Shown here one piece after another: positions 1 to 9,816 of a stretch of 32,000 bases of DNA; the first letter of the stretch is position 1, and each line of letters begins with the position of its first letter. The stretch covers positions 3,176,497 to 3,208,496 of the forward strand of contig NC_003902.1 in NCBI RefSeq assembly GCF_000007145.1, read 5' to 3'. The position numbers and the translations under genes were made by a program. The DNA comes from Xanthomonas campestris pv. campestris str. ATCC 33913 (lineage in GTDB: Bacteria; Pseudomonadota; Gammaproteobacteria; Xanthomonadales; Xanthomonadaceae). The notes under the pieces were generated by a model, which saw only the letters and a list, made by a program, of their open reading frames with translations, did not search any database and was not told the origin of the DNA.

Positions 1-685
1 TGAGCTGCGAGGCCACGCCCAGCTCGAAACTGCGCTGCTGCAAGCGGTAGCTGTCGCTTTGGCTGGTCAGCGTGGATTGCGCTAGCTGCAGCAGCTCCTG
101 GTCAGCGGCCAGGGTGAGATACGCGGTGGCCACATCGGCGACCAGACTGATGTGCGTGCTACGGCGGGCTTCGGCAGTGGAGAGAAATTGCTGCAGCGCC
201 TGTTCCTTGAGGCTGCGCACGCGCCCGAACAAATCCAGCTCGTACGCGCTCACGCCCACATTGGCGCTGTAGGTGCGGAACACCGGCGGCTGCCCGGGCA
301 CCGCCAGTTCGCTCGGGGTACGCGCGTTGTTGGCAGTGCCGGTGGCATCCACGCCGGGCACCAGCGCTGCACGCTCCACCCGGTATTGCGCGCGTGCCAC
401 TTCGATATTGAGCGCGGCCACACGCAGGTCGCGGTTATTGTCCAGCGCCAGCTGGATCACCTGTTGCAGCGCCGGGTCGGTGAACACCTCCCGCCAGCCG
501 ATATCGGCGATGACGGGAGTTTCTGCGCTCGCTGCCGCTTCGCTGGCAACGGTCGCCGCCGCGGTGGCACCGGCAAACTGCGCCGGCACCGGTGCGTCGG
601 GCCGCGCATAACGCGGCATCAGCGTGCAGCCAGACAACACGCTGGTCACCGCGAGTGCGGCAAGCGTCATTCGGATCGGTGTCAT
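1..685 (-). CDS. Outer-membrane factor lipoprotein of the RND efflux system (OprM/NodT family); 5' part only, gene runs off the window
   Basis: Not in the ORF track because no stop lies in the window. My minus-strand translation from ATG 685-683 gives [20 protein letters not shown] (lipobox LSGC), then [17 protein letters not shown] and later [65 protein letters not shown], typical of OprM-type channels. The ATG lies 1 nt after the RND permease stop (687-689). Confidence 0.85.
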   Translation of the reverse strand, partial: MTPIRMTLAALAVTSVLSGCTLMPRYARPDAPVPAQFAGATAAATVASEAAASAETPVIADIGWREVFTDPALQQVIQLALDNNRDLRVAALNIEVARAQYRVERAALVPGVDATGTANNARTPSELAVPGQPPVFRTYSANVGVSAYELDLFGRVRSLKEQALQQFLSTAEARRSTHISLVADVATAYLTLAADQELLQLAQSTLTSQSDSYRLQQRSFELGVASQL

Positions 686-686
686 G

Positions 687-3600
687 TCAGTGCCCTGCAT
701 GTTGCGGAACGGAGGCATCAGGCTGCGCGCGGCGTTCGAACAGCCCACGCACCAGTACGAAGAACAACGGCACGAAGAAGATGGCCAGCACCGTGCCGGA
801 GATCATGCCGCCGATCACCGCAGTGCCCAGCGCGTGCTGCGCGCCGGCGCCCGCGCCACTGGTCAGCACCAGCGGCACCACACCCAGGATGAAGGCCAGC
901 GATGTCATCAGAATCGGCCGCAAGCGCATACGCGCCGCTTCCAGCGCCGCCGCCACCAGGCTCTTGCCGCCTTCGTGCAATTCCTTGGCGAACTCCACGA
1001 TCAGGATCGCGTTCTTCGAGGCAAGGCCAATGGTGGTGAGCAGGCCCACCTGGAAGTACACATCGTTCATTTTCCAGGTCAGCACGGCGGCCACCAGCGT
1101 GCCGAACACGCCCAACGGCACCACCAGAATCACCGAGAACGGAATCGACCAGCTCTCATACAACGCGGCCAGACACAGGAACACGATCAGGATCGACAAC
1201 CCGTACAACAACCCGGTCTGCCCGGTCGAGGCTTTTTCCTGCCGCGACAACCCGGTCCACTCGAAGCCAATGCCGGCCGGCAACTTGGCCGCTGCCGCCT
1301 CCACGATCTGCATCGCCTGGCCGCTGGACGCCGCACCTGGCAGCGCCATGCCCAGAATCTCCACCGACGGCAGGCTGTTGTAGCGCTCCAGACGTGGCGA
1401 GCCCTGGGTCCAGCGTGCGGTGGCGAAGGCGTTGAACGGCACCATCGTGCCGGCGCTGTTACGCACGAACCAGCGGTCGATGTCCTGCGGGTTCATGCGG
1501 TACGGCGCATCGGCCTGCAGCATCACTTTCTTGACGCGGCCCTTGTCGATGAAGTCGTTGACATAGGTACTGCCCCACGCGCTGGAGAAAGTGTTGTTGA
1601 TGTCGGCAATCGACACCCCCATCGCTTCGGCCTTGTGCGGGTCGATCTCCAGCTTGAACTCCGGCGTGTCTTCCTGCCCGTTGGGACGCACCGCCACCAG
1701 CCGCTTGTCCTGCGAAAGCTCGGCCAGCAACTGGTTGCGTGCCTGCATCAGCGCGGCATGCCCCAGGTTGGCGCGGTCCTGAAGCATCAGATCGAAGCCG
1801 GTGGCGTTGCCCAATTCCGACACGGCCGGCGGCGCCACCGCAAACACCTGCGCATCGCGCAAGGTGGCGAAGAACGCGCCCGCCTTGGCCGCCACATCGG
1901 TCACGCTCTGGCCCTTGCCGGTGCGCTCGTCCCATGGCCGCAGCTTGACGAAGGCAAAGCCCACGTTCTGCCCGGTACCGGCAAAGCTGAAACCGGAAAC
2001 CGCAAAGATGCCGGCCACCGAGTCCTTCTGGTCGACCAGGAAGTGATGTTCCACCTGCTTGAGCACCGCACCGGTGCGCGCGTCGGTGGCACCGGGCGGC
2101 AACTGCACCAGCACGAACAAGGTGCCCTGGTCTTCGTCCGGCAAGAAGCCCACCGGCGTTTTCATGAAGCCCACCACCACCAGCGCCACGATCACCACAT
2201 ACGCAATCATGTAGCGCCAGCCCTTGCCGAGCATGTGCCGCACCACGCCCTGGTAGCGGCCATTACTGCGGTCGAACACCCGGTTGAACCAGCCGAAGAA
2301 CCCGGTGGTGGCCATGCCATGACCGGGCTTGAGCAAGGTGGCGCACAGCGCCGGCGTCAGCACCATTGCCACCAGCACCGACAACGTCATCGCAGAGACA
2401 ATCGTGATCGAGAACTGCCGGTAGATCACACCGGTGGAACCGCCAAAAAACGCCATCGGCACGAACACCGCGGCCAGCACCAAGGCCACGCCCACCAGTG
2501 CGCCGGTGATCTGGTCCATCGATTTGCGCGTGGCCTCCTTGGGCGAGAGCTGCTCTTCGGCCATCACCCGCTCGACGTTTTCCACCACCACGATGGCGTC
2601 ATCCACCAGCAAGCCGATCGCCAGCACCATCGCGAACATGGTCAGCGTATTGATGGTGAAGCCGAACACCGCCAGCACGCCAAAGGTGCCCAGCAATACC
2701 ACCGGCACGGCGATGGTGGGAATCAGCGTGGCGCGGAAATTCTGCAAGAACAGGTACATCACCAAAAACACCAGCACCACCGCTTCGACCAGCGTATGCA
2801 CCACCTGCTCGATGGAGATGCGCACGAACGGTGTGGTGTCGTAGGGCTTTTGCACCTTCATGCCGGGCGGGAAGAACTTCTCCTGCTCTTCCAGGCTCTT
2901 GTCGATGGCGCGCACGGTATCCAGCGCGTTCGCCCCGGTGGCCAGCTTGATCGCCAGCCCCGCGGCCGGCTTGCCGTTGTAGCGGCCCACCGTGTTGTAG
3001 CTCTCGCTGCCCAGCTCGATGCGCGCCACATCGCGCAGACGCACCTGCGAACCATCGGTGCGGGTACGCAGCAAAATGTTCTCGAACTCTTCGGCTGTCT
3101 TGAGCCGCGTCTGCGCGGTGATGGTGGCATTGAGCTGCTGGTTGGCCACCGCCGGCAACGCACCAAGCTGGCCGGCCGACACCTGCGCGTTTTGCGCCTG
3201 GATCGCGGCGCGTACATCCACGGGGGTGAGGTTGAAGTTGTTGAGCTTGTCCGGATCCAGCCAGATGCGCATCGAATACTGCGAGCCGAACAACGTGGTG
3301 TCGCCCACACCCTGCACGCGGCTGATGGTTTCCTGCACGTTGGCGGCAACGTAATCGGACAGATCCGAATCGCTCATGCTGCCGTCTTCGGAGGTGAAGG
3401 CCAGCACGTTGAGGAAGTTGGTGGCCGACTTGGTGACCGTGACGCCCTGCTGCTGCACTTCTTGCGGCAACAACGCGGTGGCCAGCGACAACTTGTTCTG
3501 CACCTGCACCTGCGCGGTGTCCGGGTCGGTGCCGTTTTCGAAGGTCAGCGTAATGGTCACCGCACCGCTGGATTCGCTGGTGGAGGCCATGTAGCTGAGG

Positions 3601-3821
3601 TTGTCCAGGCCCTTCATCTTCTGCTCGATGACCTGGGTGACGGTGTCTTCCAGGGTCTGCGCAGACGCGCCGGGATAGTTGGCGGTGATCGCCACGGCGG
3701 GCGGCGCGATGCTGGGGTATTGCGCGATCGGCAAGGTGGCGATGGACAGGATGCCGGCCAGCATCACGATGATGGCCAGCACCCAGGCGAAGATCGGGCG
3801 GTCGATGAAGAAGCGTGCCAT
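687..3821 (-). CDS. RND multidrug efflux permease (AcrB/MexB/SmeE-like, hydrophobe/amphiphile efflux-1 family)
   Basis: 1044-aa ORF starting [55 protein letters not shown]. Length and N-terminus are canonical for AcrB-type pumps. It sits between an MFP gene and an OMF gene. Confidence 0.95.
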   Translation of the reverse strand: MARFFIDRPIFAWVLAIIVMLAGILSIATLPIAQYPSIAPPAVAITANYPGASAQTLEDTVTQVIEQKMKGLDNLSYMASTSESSGAVTITLTFENGTDPDTAQVQVQNKLSLATALLPQEVQQQGVTVTKSATNFLNVLAFTSEDGSMSDSDLSDYVAANVQETISRVQGVGDTTLFGSQYSMRIWLDPDKLNNFNLTPVDVRAAIQAQNAQVSAGQLGALPAVANQQLNATITAQTRLKTAEEFENILLRTRTDGSQVRLRDVARIELGSESYNTVGRYNGKPAAGLAIKLATGANALDTVRAIDKSLEEQEKFFPPGMKVQKPYDTTPFVRISIEQVVHTLVEAVVLVFLVMYLFLQNFRATLIPTIAVPVVLLGTFGVLAVFGFTINTLTMFAMVLAIGLLVDDAIVVVENVERVMAEEQLSPKEATRKSMDQITGALVGVALVLAAVFVPMAFFGGSTGVIYRQFSITIVSAMTLSVLVAMVLTPALCATLLKPGHGMATTGFFGWFNRVFDRSNGRYQGVVRHMLGKGWRYMIAYVVIVALVVVGFMKTPVGFLPDEDQGTLFVLVQLPPGATDARTGAVLKQVEHHFLVDQKDSVAGIFAVSGFSFAGTGQNVGFAFVKLRPWDERTGKGQSVTDVAAKAGAFFATLRDAQVFAVAPPAVSELGNATGFDLMLQDRANLGHAALMQARNQLLAELSQDKRLVAVRPNGQEDTPEFKLEIDPHKAEAMGVSIADINNTFSSAWGSTYVNDFIDKGRVKKVMLQADAPYRMNPQDIDRWFVRNSAGTMVPFNAFATARWTQGSPRLERYNSLPSVEILGMALPGAASSGQAMQIVEAAAAKLPAGIGFEWTGLSRQEKASTGQTGLLYGLSILIVFLCLAALYESWSIPFSVILVVPLGVFGTLVAAVLTWKMNDVYFQVGLLTTIGLASKNAILIVEFAKELHEGGKSLVAAALEAARMRLRPILMTSLAFILGVVPLVLTSGAGAGAQHALGTAVIGGMISGTVLAIFFVPLFFVLVRGLFERRAQPDASVPQHAGH

Positions 3822-3836
3822 GAGCTGGAGTCCGCC

Positions 3837-5036
3837 TTAGTTGGCCGCACGCGGTGCGGCTGGGGCGGAGGGGCTGCCGGCAACGGACGCCGACGTCGGT
3901 TGCCACGGCACGGTCTTGACCTGGACACCGTCGCGGGCGCGCGACAGGCCATCCACCACCAGTTGGTCACCGGTCTTCAGGCCACTGCGCACCAGCCACT
4001 GGTCACCCACCGCACGGTCGGTCTCCAGCACGCGCAGCTGCAATTTATTGTCGGCACCGACTACGAAGGCGGTCGGCTTGCCGGCGCCATTGCGCGTCAC
4101 CGCCTGTTGCGGCACCAGCACACCCTGCGCCTTGACGCCTTCCTGCAGCACCGCGCGCACGTACATGCCCGGCAGCAGATCGGCATCCGGGTTGGGGAAC
4201 ACCGCACGCAGGCTGATCGAGCCGGTGTTCTGGTCCACGGTCACATCGGAGAACGCCAGCCGGCCCTGCAGCGGATAGGTGCTGCCGTCTTCCAGCACCA
4301 GGCTCACCTGCGCGGCACCGTCGCCGGCACGCGCCAGATCGCCACGGGCCATCGCCTTCTTCAGCCGCAGCACGGCGGCGCTGGGCTGGGTCACGTCCAC
4401 GTAGATCGGATCCAGTTGCTGGATGGTGGTCAATGCCGTGGCCTGGTTGGCGGTGACCAGCGCGCCGGGCGTCACGCTGGAGCGGCCGATCCGGCCGGAG
4501 ATCGGCGCATCCATGCGGGCGAACGCCAGATTGATGCGCGCGGTCTCCACGCTGGCCTTGCCGGCCGCCACATCCGCTTCGGCCTGGCCGAGCGTGGCGG
4601 CGGTGTCGTCGCCCTCCTGCTGGCTGATCGCCTTGATCTGCACCAGTTCCTTGTAGCGGTCGGCCTTGAGCCGTGCGGTGCGCAGGTTGGCCTGCGCCTT
4701 GGCCAGGGTGGCCTGGGCGCTGGCGTAGCTGGCGCGGTAGGTGGCCGGGTCGATCTGGTACAGGGTCTGCCCTGCCTTCACGTCGCCGCCCTCGGTGAAC
4801 TGCCGCGTCTGCACGATGCCGCCCACCTGGGGCCGTACTTCGGCGATCAGGTACGGCACGGTGCGGCCGGGCAACTGGGTGGTCAGGGTGACCGGCTGGG
4901 GCCGGACGGTGATGACGCCGACCACCGGCGTGCCCTGCTGCGGGGGCGGCCCGCCCGGCGGGCTACCGCAGGCGCTGATCAGGACGGAGGCGGCAACGGC
5001 GAGGAGCGGCAGGCGAAGCGAGGGGACAGGACGCAC
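3837..5036 (-). CDS. RND efflux membrane-fusion (periplasmic adaptor) lipoprotein (AcrA/MexA/SmeD-like)
   Basis: 399-aa ORF with a GTG start at 5036 and GGAG about 10 nt upstream. Signal peptide plus lipobox (LISAC). The motifs YQIDPATYRA and ARINLAFARMDAPISGRIG are typical of MFPs. There is a 15-nt gap to the RND gene. Confidence 0.93.
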   Translation of the reverse strand: MRPVPSLRLPLLAVAASVLISACGSPPGGPPPQQGTPVVGVITVRPQPVTLTTQLPGRTVPYLIAEVRPQVGGIVQTRQFTEGGDVKAGQTLYQIDPATYRASYASAQATLAKAQANLRTARLKADRYKELVQIKAISQQEGDDTAATLGQAEADVAAGKASVETARINLAFARMDAPISGRIGRSSVTPGALVTANQATALTTIQQLDPIYVDVTQPSAAVLRLKKAMARGDLARAGDGAAQVSLVLEDGSTYPLQGRLAFSDVTVDQNTGSISLRAVFPNPDADLLPGMYVRAVLQEGVKAQGVLVPQQAVTRNGAGKPTAFVVGADNKLQLRVLETDRAVGDQWLVRSGLKTGDQLVVDGLSRARDGVQVKTVPWQPTSASVAGSPSAPAAPRAAN

Positions 5037-5090
5037 GGGGAAGGTCTCCGGGAAAACCGCGATGGATAAATCTAAACGGTACGGTTCGGT

Positions 5091-5119
5091 ATCCTAATAA
5101 GCTCATCCGTGGGCGTCAA
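5091..5119 (-). promoter_or_regulatory. Candidate sigma70 promoter of the efflux operon (TTGACG-17 nt-TAGGAT)
   Basis: Minus-strand reading: TTGACG (5119-5114), a 17-nt spacer, TAGGAT (5096-5091), about 55 nt upstream of the MFP GTG. On the other strand a TATACT -10-like hexamer (5138-5143) precedes the TetR gene. Motif match only. Confidence 0.4.
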
Positions 5120-5166
5120 GCATTTCTGCCCAGTTGGTATACTTAAGAGCCCCTAGGAGCACCGCG

Positions 5167-5784
5167 ATGCGGGTCAGAACCGAAGAAAAGCGCGACACCA
5201 TCGTTCAGGCGGCCAGCGAGGTCTTCCTCGAGCTGGGCTTCGAAGGCGCGTCGATGTCGCAGATCGCTGCCCGTGTCGGCGGCTCAAAGCGCACGCTGTA
5301 CGGCTATTTCGGCTCGAAGGAAGAGCTGTTTGTGGCGGTGGCCAAGGACATGTCCGACCGCTATTTCGATCCGCTACTGGATGCACTTTCGCGGAGCAGC
5401 GGCCCCATTGCCGACGCCCTGCAGCGCTTCGGAGAGGACGTCCTCACCTTCCTGTGCGCACCGCCCAATATCACCAGTTGGCAGACCATCATCGGGGTAT
5501 CCGGCAGATCAGACGTCGGCGCGCTGTTTTTCAGCGCAGGTCAAGAAGAAGGCCTGAAGCGCTTCGCCGAATACCTGCAGACACAGGTGGACTGCGGCCA
5601 GCTCCGTTGCGACGACACTATGCTTGCCGCCCAACAGTTCGCCGCCCTAGTCGAAGCCGAAACCCTGATGCCCTGCCTGTTCGGCGCACTCAAGAACCCA
5701 TCGCCGGAGTATCTGCGCGACGCTACCCGGCGCGCGGTGGAACTGTTTCTGGTTGGGTATGCGTGTAAGCCAGCGGCGGCTTGA
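5167..5784 (+). CDS. TetR/AcrR-family transcriptional repressor, divergent from the efflux operon
   Basis: N-terminal HTH signature RDTIVQAASEVFLELGFEGASMSQIAARVGGSKRTLYGYFGSKEELF. I chose ATG 5167 (AGGAG at 5155-5159) rather than the TTG 5134 of the ORF track. The divergent position matches the acrR/smeT/mexR-type arrangement. Confidence 0.9.
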   Translation: MRVRTEEKRDTIVQAASEVFLELGFEGASMSQIAARVGGSKRTLYGYFGSKEELFVAVAKDMSDRYFDPLLDALSRSSGPIADALQRFGEDVLTFLCAPPNITSWQTIIGVSGRSDVGALFFSAGQEEGLKRFAEYLQTQVDCGQLRCDDTMLAAQQFAALVEAETLMPCLFGALKNPSPEYLRDATRRAVELFLVGYACKPAAA

Positions 5785-6181
5785 ATGTGGTTGCGGATGC
5801 GGGGAGGTGGTGTGGTGACTGACGTGCTGCGGTGATGAGCGGCTTCGCAGGTGTTGGAACGCCCGACCACTGAAGTGCGCTGGGCGGCGTCACTTGATCG
5901 AGCGCATCAACGACGGGTCGGTTCCGAGTTAGAGGTGCGCACTCTTAGGTGCGTCATGCGCGCGCGAACGACGCAGCGTGCGCGCAAACAGCGCAAACAA
6001 TTTCGAGCAAACCGCGCGTGTTGGCAGTGTGTCGCATTAGCTGAAAGAGGCGGAGCCGCACGCGTCGCTCAATGCAATGCCATGTGTGCTGCTGGCAGAG
6101 CTTCGCTGCATTGCTGACGCACTACCGGAAGCGGTCGTTCGGGAACGAACGGCTGTGCGCTGTGACATTGGCGCGCTACGT

Positions 6182-6205
6182 GGCAAGCCTTGTCGCGGCC
6201 AAGGC
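6182..6205. repeat. REP-like palindromic element (GTCGCGGCC-AA-GGCCGCTCCTAC)
   Basis: GCGGCC/GGCCGC inverted repeat around a 2-nt centre, followed by TCCTAC. The same core recurs at 6321-6340 and 6471-6489. Confidence 0.7.
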
Positions 6206-6316
6206 CGCTCCTACGAGGAGCTCGCAGTCCCTGCGGACACTGAGTGGCGGCGCATGACGTATGTGCGAGTGAGTGCGCGCTATACGTACGAGCGCCGAAA
6301 TAACATCGGGAACGCC

Positions 6317-6420
6317 CCATCGCGGCCTAGGCCGCTCCTACGGTGAATCGCGATTGTTTAGCGTCTTGCGCGGGCAACTGGAGCCACTAGCAGCGGCTCG
6401 ATTCACGCAATCAAGCCGCC
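6317..6420. repeat. Intergenic repeat unit, copy A (REP core plus flanking 10-bp inverted repeat)
   Basis: The 57-nt core CCATCGCGGCCTAGGCCGCTCCTACGGTGAATCGCGATTGTTTAGCGTCTTGCGCGGG (6317-6373) recurs at 6466-6522 with a single difference (T/G). A second shared block AGCAGCGGCTCGATTCACGCAATCAAGCCGCC lies at 6389-6420. GTGAATCGCG (6343-6352) pairs with CTCGATTCAC (6397-6406). Confidence 0.8.
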
Positions 6421-6465
6421 GTGTTGCATTTGCGATGCACAACCGCCGACGTCAGTCGGGAAAGT

Positions 6466-6593
6466 CCATCGCGGCCGAGGCCGCTCCTACGGTGAATCGC
6501 GATTGTTTAGCGTCTTGCGCGGGGCGATTGACCCGAACCGCTTGCGTGCTAGGAGACGGGAGCAGCGGCGCGATTCACACCAATCAACCCGCA
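6466..6593. repeat. Intergenic repeat unit, copy B (149 nt downstream of copy A); its end overlaps the zur stop codon
   Basis: Core at 6466-6522. The second block AGCAGCGGCGCGATTCACACCAATCAACCCGC starts at 6561, about 23 nt further from the core than in copy A. GTGAATCGCG (6492-6501) is a perfect inverted repeat of CGCGATTCAC (6569-6578). Confidence 0.8.
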
Positions 6594-7102
6594 GCCGCGC
6601 ACTTGGCACACAGGCCGTGCACTTCCAGTGTCTGTGCCTGCGGTTGGAAGCCCAGCGCCTTGGCGCGGGCTTCCAGTTGCGAGACCACATCGCGGTCTTC
6701 CAGCTCCACCGCGCTATGGCAGCGGTCGCAGATCAGGAACGGCACCGAGTGCTGGGCGCTGTTGGGGTGATGGCAGGCGACGAAGGCATTGACCGATTCG
6801 AGCTTGTGCACGAAGCCATTGGCCATCAAAAAATCCAGCGCGCGGTACACCGTTGGCGGGGCGTCGGCGCCCACACCCTTGCCTTCGCGCACCCAGTCCA
6901 GCAGCTCGTAGGCCTTGACCGGTTTGCCGGCATCGGCGATCAGCCGCAGTACGTTGGCGCGGATCGGCGTCAGCCGCAGGCCGCGTTCGCTGCAAGCGCG
7001 CTCTACCGCACGTACGAAGCTGTTGGCATCGTCCACGTGGTGGTGCGGGGCCGTGCAGGCGTGTTCCTGGTCGTGCGTTTGGGTGTGCGTGTGCTTGGTC
7101 AT
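6584..7102 (-). CDS. zur: Zinc uptake regulator, Fur family
   Basis: RLTPIRANVLRLIADAGKPVKAYELLDWV...PPTVYRALDFLMANGFVHKLESVNAFVACHH...FLICDRCHSAVE...VHGLCAKC aligns by eye with E. coli Zur (RLTPQRLEVLRL, PPTVYRALDFLLEQGFVHKVES, FICDRCG, HGLCAAC). Start chosen at ATG 7102 (MTKHTHTQTH...) with GGAG 7 nt upstream, not the ORF-track 7147, which would overlap gltX. Confidence 0.85.
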   Translation of the reverse strand: MTKHTHTQTHDQEHACTAPHHHVDDANSFVRAVERACSERGLRLTPIRANVLRLIADAGKPVKAYELLDWVREGKGVGADAPPTVYRALDFLMANGFVHKLESVNAFVACHHPNSAQHSVPFLICDRCHSAVELEDRDVVSQLEARAKALGFQPQAQTLEVHGLCAKCAAAG

Positions 7103-7115
7103 ACAGGCTCCGGCG

Positions 7116-8519
7116 TCAGGCCGCTCCAATCTTGATGAGTGCCGCATCGATGCGTTTCAAGGCACCCTCGCGCCCGGCCAGGTACACCGTCTGCGAAATG
7201 TCCGGGCTGACCTGGGTGCCGGTGATGGCCACCCGCAGCGGCTGGGCCACCTTGCCCATGCCCAGTTCCAGCGCCGCGGCAGCGGCATGCAGCGCCGCCG
7301 ATACGTTCTCCACGCTCCACTCGTTCAGCGCAGCGAGCATCTCGCGCGCCTTGCCCAGCGGCACTTCCGCGCCCAGTTTCAGGTGCTTGATCACCGCGGC
7401 TTCGTCGTAGGTTTCCAGCGGCTGGTACCAGACCACGGCTTTTTCGGCCATTTCCTTGAGCGTCTGCACGCGCTCGCGCAGCGCCACCACCACATCGGCA
7501 GCGGCCGGGCCGGCGGCCACATCAATGCCCAGCTTGCGGAGCTGGTATTCCAGCTGCGGCGCGATGCTGGCCGGGTCGTCGGTCTTCAAGTAATGCTGAT
7601 TCACCCAGCCGAGCTTGGCCATGTCCAGGCGCGCGGCCTTGGAATTGACGTCCTTGACGTCGAACAGGTCCAGCAACTCCTGCTGGCTGAACAGCTCCTG
7701 GTCGCCATGCGACCAACCTAGGCGGGCCAGGTAATTGATCAGCGCATGCGGCAGGTAGCCGGCGTCCTTGTACTGCATGACATCGGCCGCGCCAGTGCGC
7801 TTGGAGAGCTTGGCGCCCTGCTCGTCCAGGATCATCGGCATGTGCGCGAACTTGGGTACCGGTGCGCCCAGCGCTTCGTAGATGTTGATCTGGCGCGGGG
7901 TGTTGTTGATGTGGTCGTCGCCGCGGATCACCTCGGTGATGCCCATGTCCCAGTCGTCCACCACCACCGCGAAGTTGTAGGTGGGGTAGCCATCCGGGCG
8001 GAAGATCACCATGTCGTCGAGCTCGCTGTTGGCGATCTCGATGCGGCCCTTGATCAGGTCGTCGAACACCACCGTGCCCGCGAGCGGGTTCTTGAAGCGG
8101 ATCACCCGGTTCGGGTCGTCGCGATACGGCAGCTGCTGCTCGCGCGCGGCGCCGTTGTAGCGCGGCTTTTCCTGCTTGGCCATCGCGGCCTCGCGCATCG
8201 CGTCGAGCTCCTCACGGGTCTCGTAGGCGTAATAGGCCTTGCCCTGCGCCAGCAGCTGCTCGGCCACCTCCTGGTAACGGGCGATGCGCTGGGTCTGGTA
8301 GATCGGGCCTTCGTCGTAGCCCAGGCCCAGCCACTCCATGGCTTCCAGGATGGCGTCGATGGCGACCTGGGTGCTGCGCTCACGGTCGGTGTCTTCGATG
8401 CGCAGCACGAACTGCCCGCCGCGGTGACGTGCCTCCAGCCAGCAGTACAGGGCGGTGCGTGCGCCGCCGATGTGCAGGTAACCGGTGGGGCTGGGGGCAA
8501 AACGGGTGCGGCAGGTCAT
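7116..8519 (-). CDS. gltX: Glutamyl-tRNA synthetase
   Basis: 467 aa. N-terminus [25 protein letters not shown] contains the class I HIGH motif, and KLSKR is the KMSKS equivalent. Length is typical. Confidence 0.97.
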   Translation of the reverse strand: MTCRTRFAPSPTGYLHIGGARTALYCWLEARHRGGQFVLRIEDTDRERSTQVAIDAILEAMEWLGLGYDEGPIYQTQRIARYQEVAEQLLAQGKAYYAYETREELDAMREAAMAKQEKPRYNGAAREQQLPYRDDPNRVIRFKNPLAGTVVFDDLIKGRIEIANSELDDMVIFRPDGYPTYNFAVVVDDWDMGITEVIRGDDHINNTPRQINIYEALGAPVPKFAHMPMILDEQGAKLSKRTGAADVMQYKDAGYLPHALINYLARLGWSHGDQELFSQQELLDLFDVKDVNSKAARLDMAKLGWVNQHYLKTDDPASIAPQLEYQLRKLGIDVAAGPAAADVVVALRERVQTLKEMAEKAVVWYQPLETYDEAAVIKHLKLGAEVPLGKAREMLAALNEWSVENVSAALHAAAAALELGMGKVAQPLRVAITGTQVSPDISQTVYLAGREGALKRIDAALIKIGAA

Positions 8520-8588
8520 GGAGCGCTCGGCGGAACGGGAGTGGCCCGATTTTACCTTGCGCAGCCGTGCCCTGCCCGGCCCGCCCGC

Positions 8589-9680
8589 TCAGGTGTTGCG
8601 CAACAGGTCGCCGTAAACCACGCAATCGCCGCCGCTGCGCTTGGCGCCGGGGGCGTCGTAGAGCACCAGCCAGCTTGGCGTGTTGCCGGCCAACTGGCGC
8701 GGCAGGTTGCAGATGGCTTCGGCGCGGTCGCTGTCTTCGCCGTGCGGCAGCACCACCGACGTGAGCAGCTCGCGCTGGAAGCGCACCGGCGCCTGGTTGG
8801 CGGCCAGCACGCTGCGCGCATCCGGCCACTTGAACAGGCGGATCTCGCCATTGAGCACCATGGTGGGCCCGGCCAGCAGATACAGGTCGTCACCGGAATA
8901 GTGCAGGTCACGCACGCCCAGCCCGCCCAGTTGCAGGAAGTGCTTGCGCAGCAGCGTGCCCTCTTCATCCAGCGGGGCAAGGCGCAGATGATCGCCATGC
9001 GCTTCCACCTGGATCTCCAGCAGCGCCGACCACCCACGCAACACCGGGCCACGCAGGCCCAGTAGCAGGCGCTGGCCGTCCACCACGATGCCTTCGATGT
9101 CGAAGCCGTTGTCCTTGCCGGGAATCTTCAAAAACGGCCCGAAATGCGGGTCGTCTTCCAGCAGCGCGGTGAGCTGGTTGTGCTTGGCGTCGCCCTTGAG
9201 CCGCAGCGCGCGGCGGCCGTCGGCGGCTTCGCGCACCAGCGTGGGCGTGCCATCGGCAGCGCGCTCGATCGGCAGGCAGGCCAGCAGGCGGCGGTTGGCA
9301 TCGAGCTTGAGCTTGGTCAGCCGCTTGGCATTTTCGGCATCGTCGCGGCCAGGCTTGGCGTTCTTGCGCTTGAGCCCATGCGAGCCGATCACCCACAAAA
9401 AGCCGTCGGAAAGTGCCAGGCCTTCCAGGTCGGCTTCCTCGGCTGCTTCGCCGGGCAGATCCAGCAACTCCGCCAGCGGAAAGCTCTGGCCTTCGCCAAA
9501 GCGCAGCGTCTCGCGCTGCAGCGGGGCGAGCGTGCGCAGGCGGTCCACCGCACAGGCTTCATCGCCGGCCACCCACAGCCAATCGTCGGTGAAGGCAGCG
9601 CCGGAAAGATTGCTGTGCACCAGCGCGCCAGGCGCAAATTCCAGGCGGACGCTATGCGGGATCAAGGTTTTCTTGGACAT
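8589..9680 (-). CDS. Conserved hypothetical protein, soluble, no signal peptide (possibly the DUF3616-type family; not verified)
   Basis: 363-aa ORF with genome-typical codon usage. It is the only long frame here whose residue composition is not shadow-like. Motifs WLWVAGDE, GFLWVIGSHG, GFDIEGIVV, LGLRGPV. No family assignment possible without an HMM search. Confidence 0.75.
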   Translation of the reverse strand: MSKKTLIPHSVRLEFAPGALVHSNLSGAAFTDDWLWVAGDEACAVDRLRTLAPLQRETLRFGEGQSFPLAELLDLPGEAAEEADLEGLALSDGFLWVIGSHGLKRKNAKPGRDDAENAKRLTKLKLDANRRLLACLPIERAADGTPTLVREAADGRRALRLKGDAKHNQLTALLEDDPHFGPFLKIPGKDNGFDIEGIVVDGQRLLLGLRGPVLRGWSALLEIQVEAHGDHLRLAPLDEEGTLLRKHFLQLGGLGVRDLHYSGDDLYLLAGPTMVLNGEIRLFKWPDARSVLAANQAPVRFQRELLTSVVLPHGEDSDRAEAICNLPRQLAGNTPSWLVLYDAPGAKRSGGDCVVYGDLLRNT

Positions 9681-9816
9681 GGGTGACCTGGTCGGTGGCG
9701 GGCGGGAGTTGCCAGGCGGCTGACTCCCACGGGCGCGTGGCCGGTGGCGCGGCGCGCATGGGAAGCGCTACGCATCCACCGGCCGGCAGCGCCCGGGGGC
9801 TATCGGTCGTCTTGGA

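Noticed and set aside
624-5069. 1481-aa plus-strand ORF spanning the whole efflux operon
   Set aside because: It is antisense to three genes with unmistakable family signatures. Its product is R/H/G/Q/A-rich low-complexity sequence, typical of shadow frames in high-GC DNA, and I recognise no domain motifs in it.
5063-5093. Attempt to define a TetR operator palindrome in the divergent promoter region
   Set aside because: I found only short or imperfect symmetry: GGATA...TATCC ends, a tandem ACGGT-ACGGT, and the GTATAC and CTTAAG hexamers. None forms a convincing 12-16-bp inverted repeat, so no operator is called.
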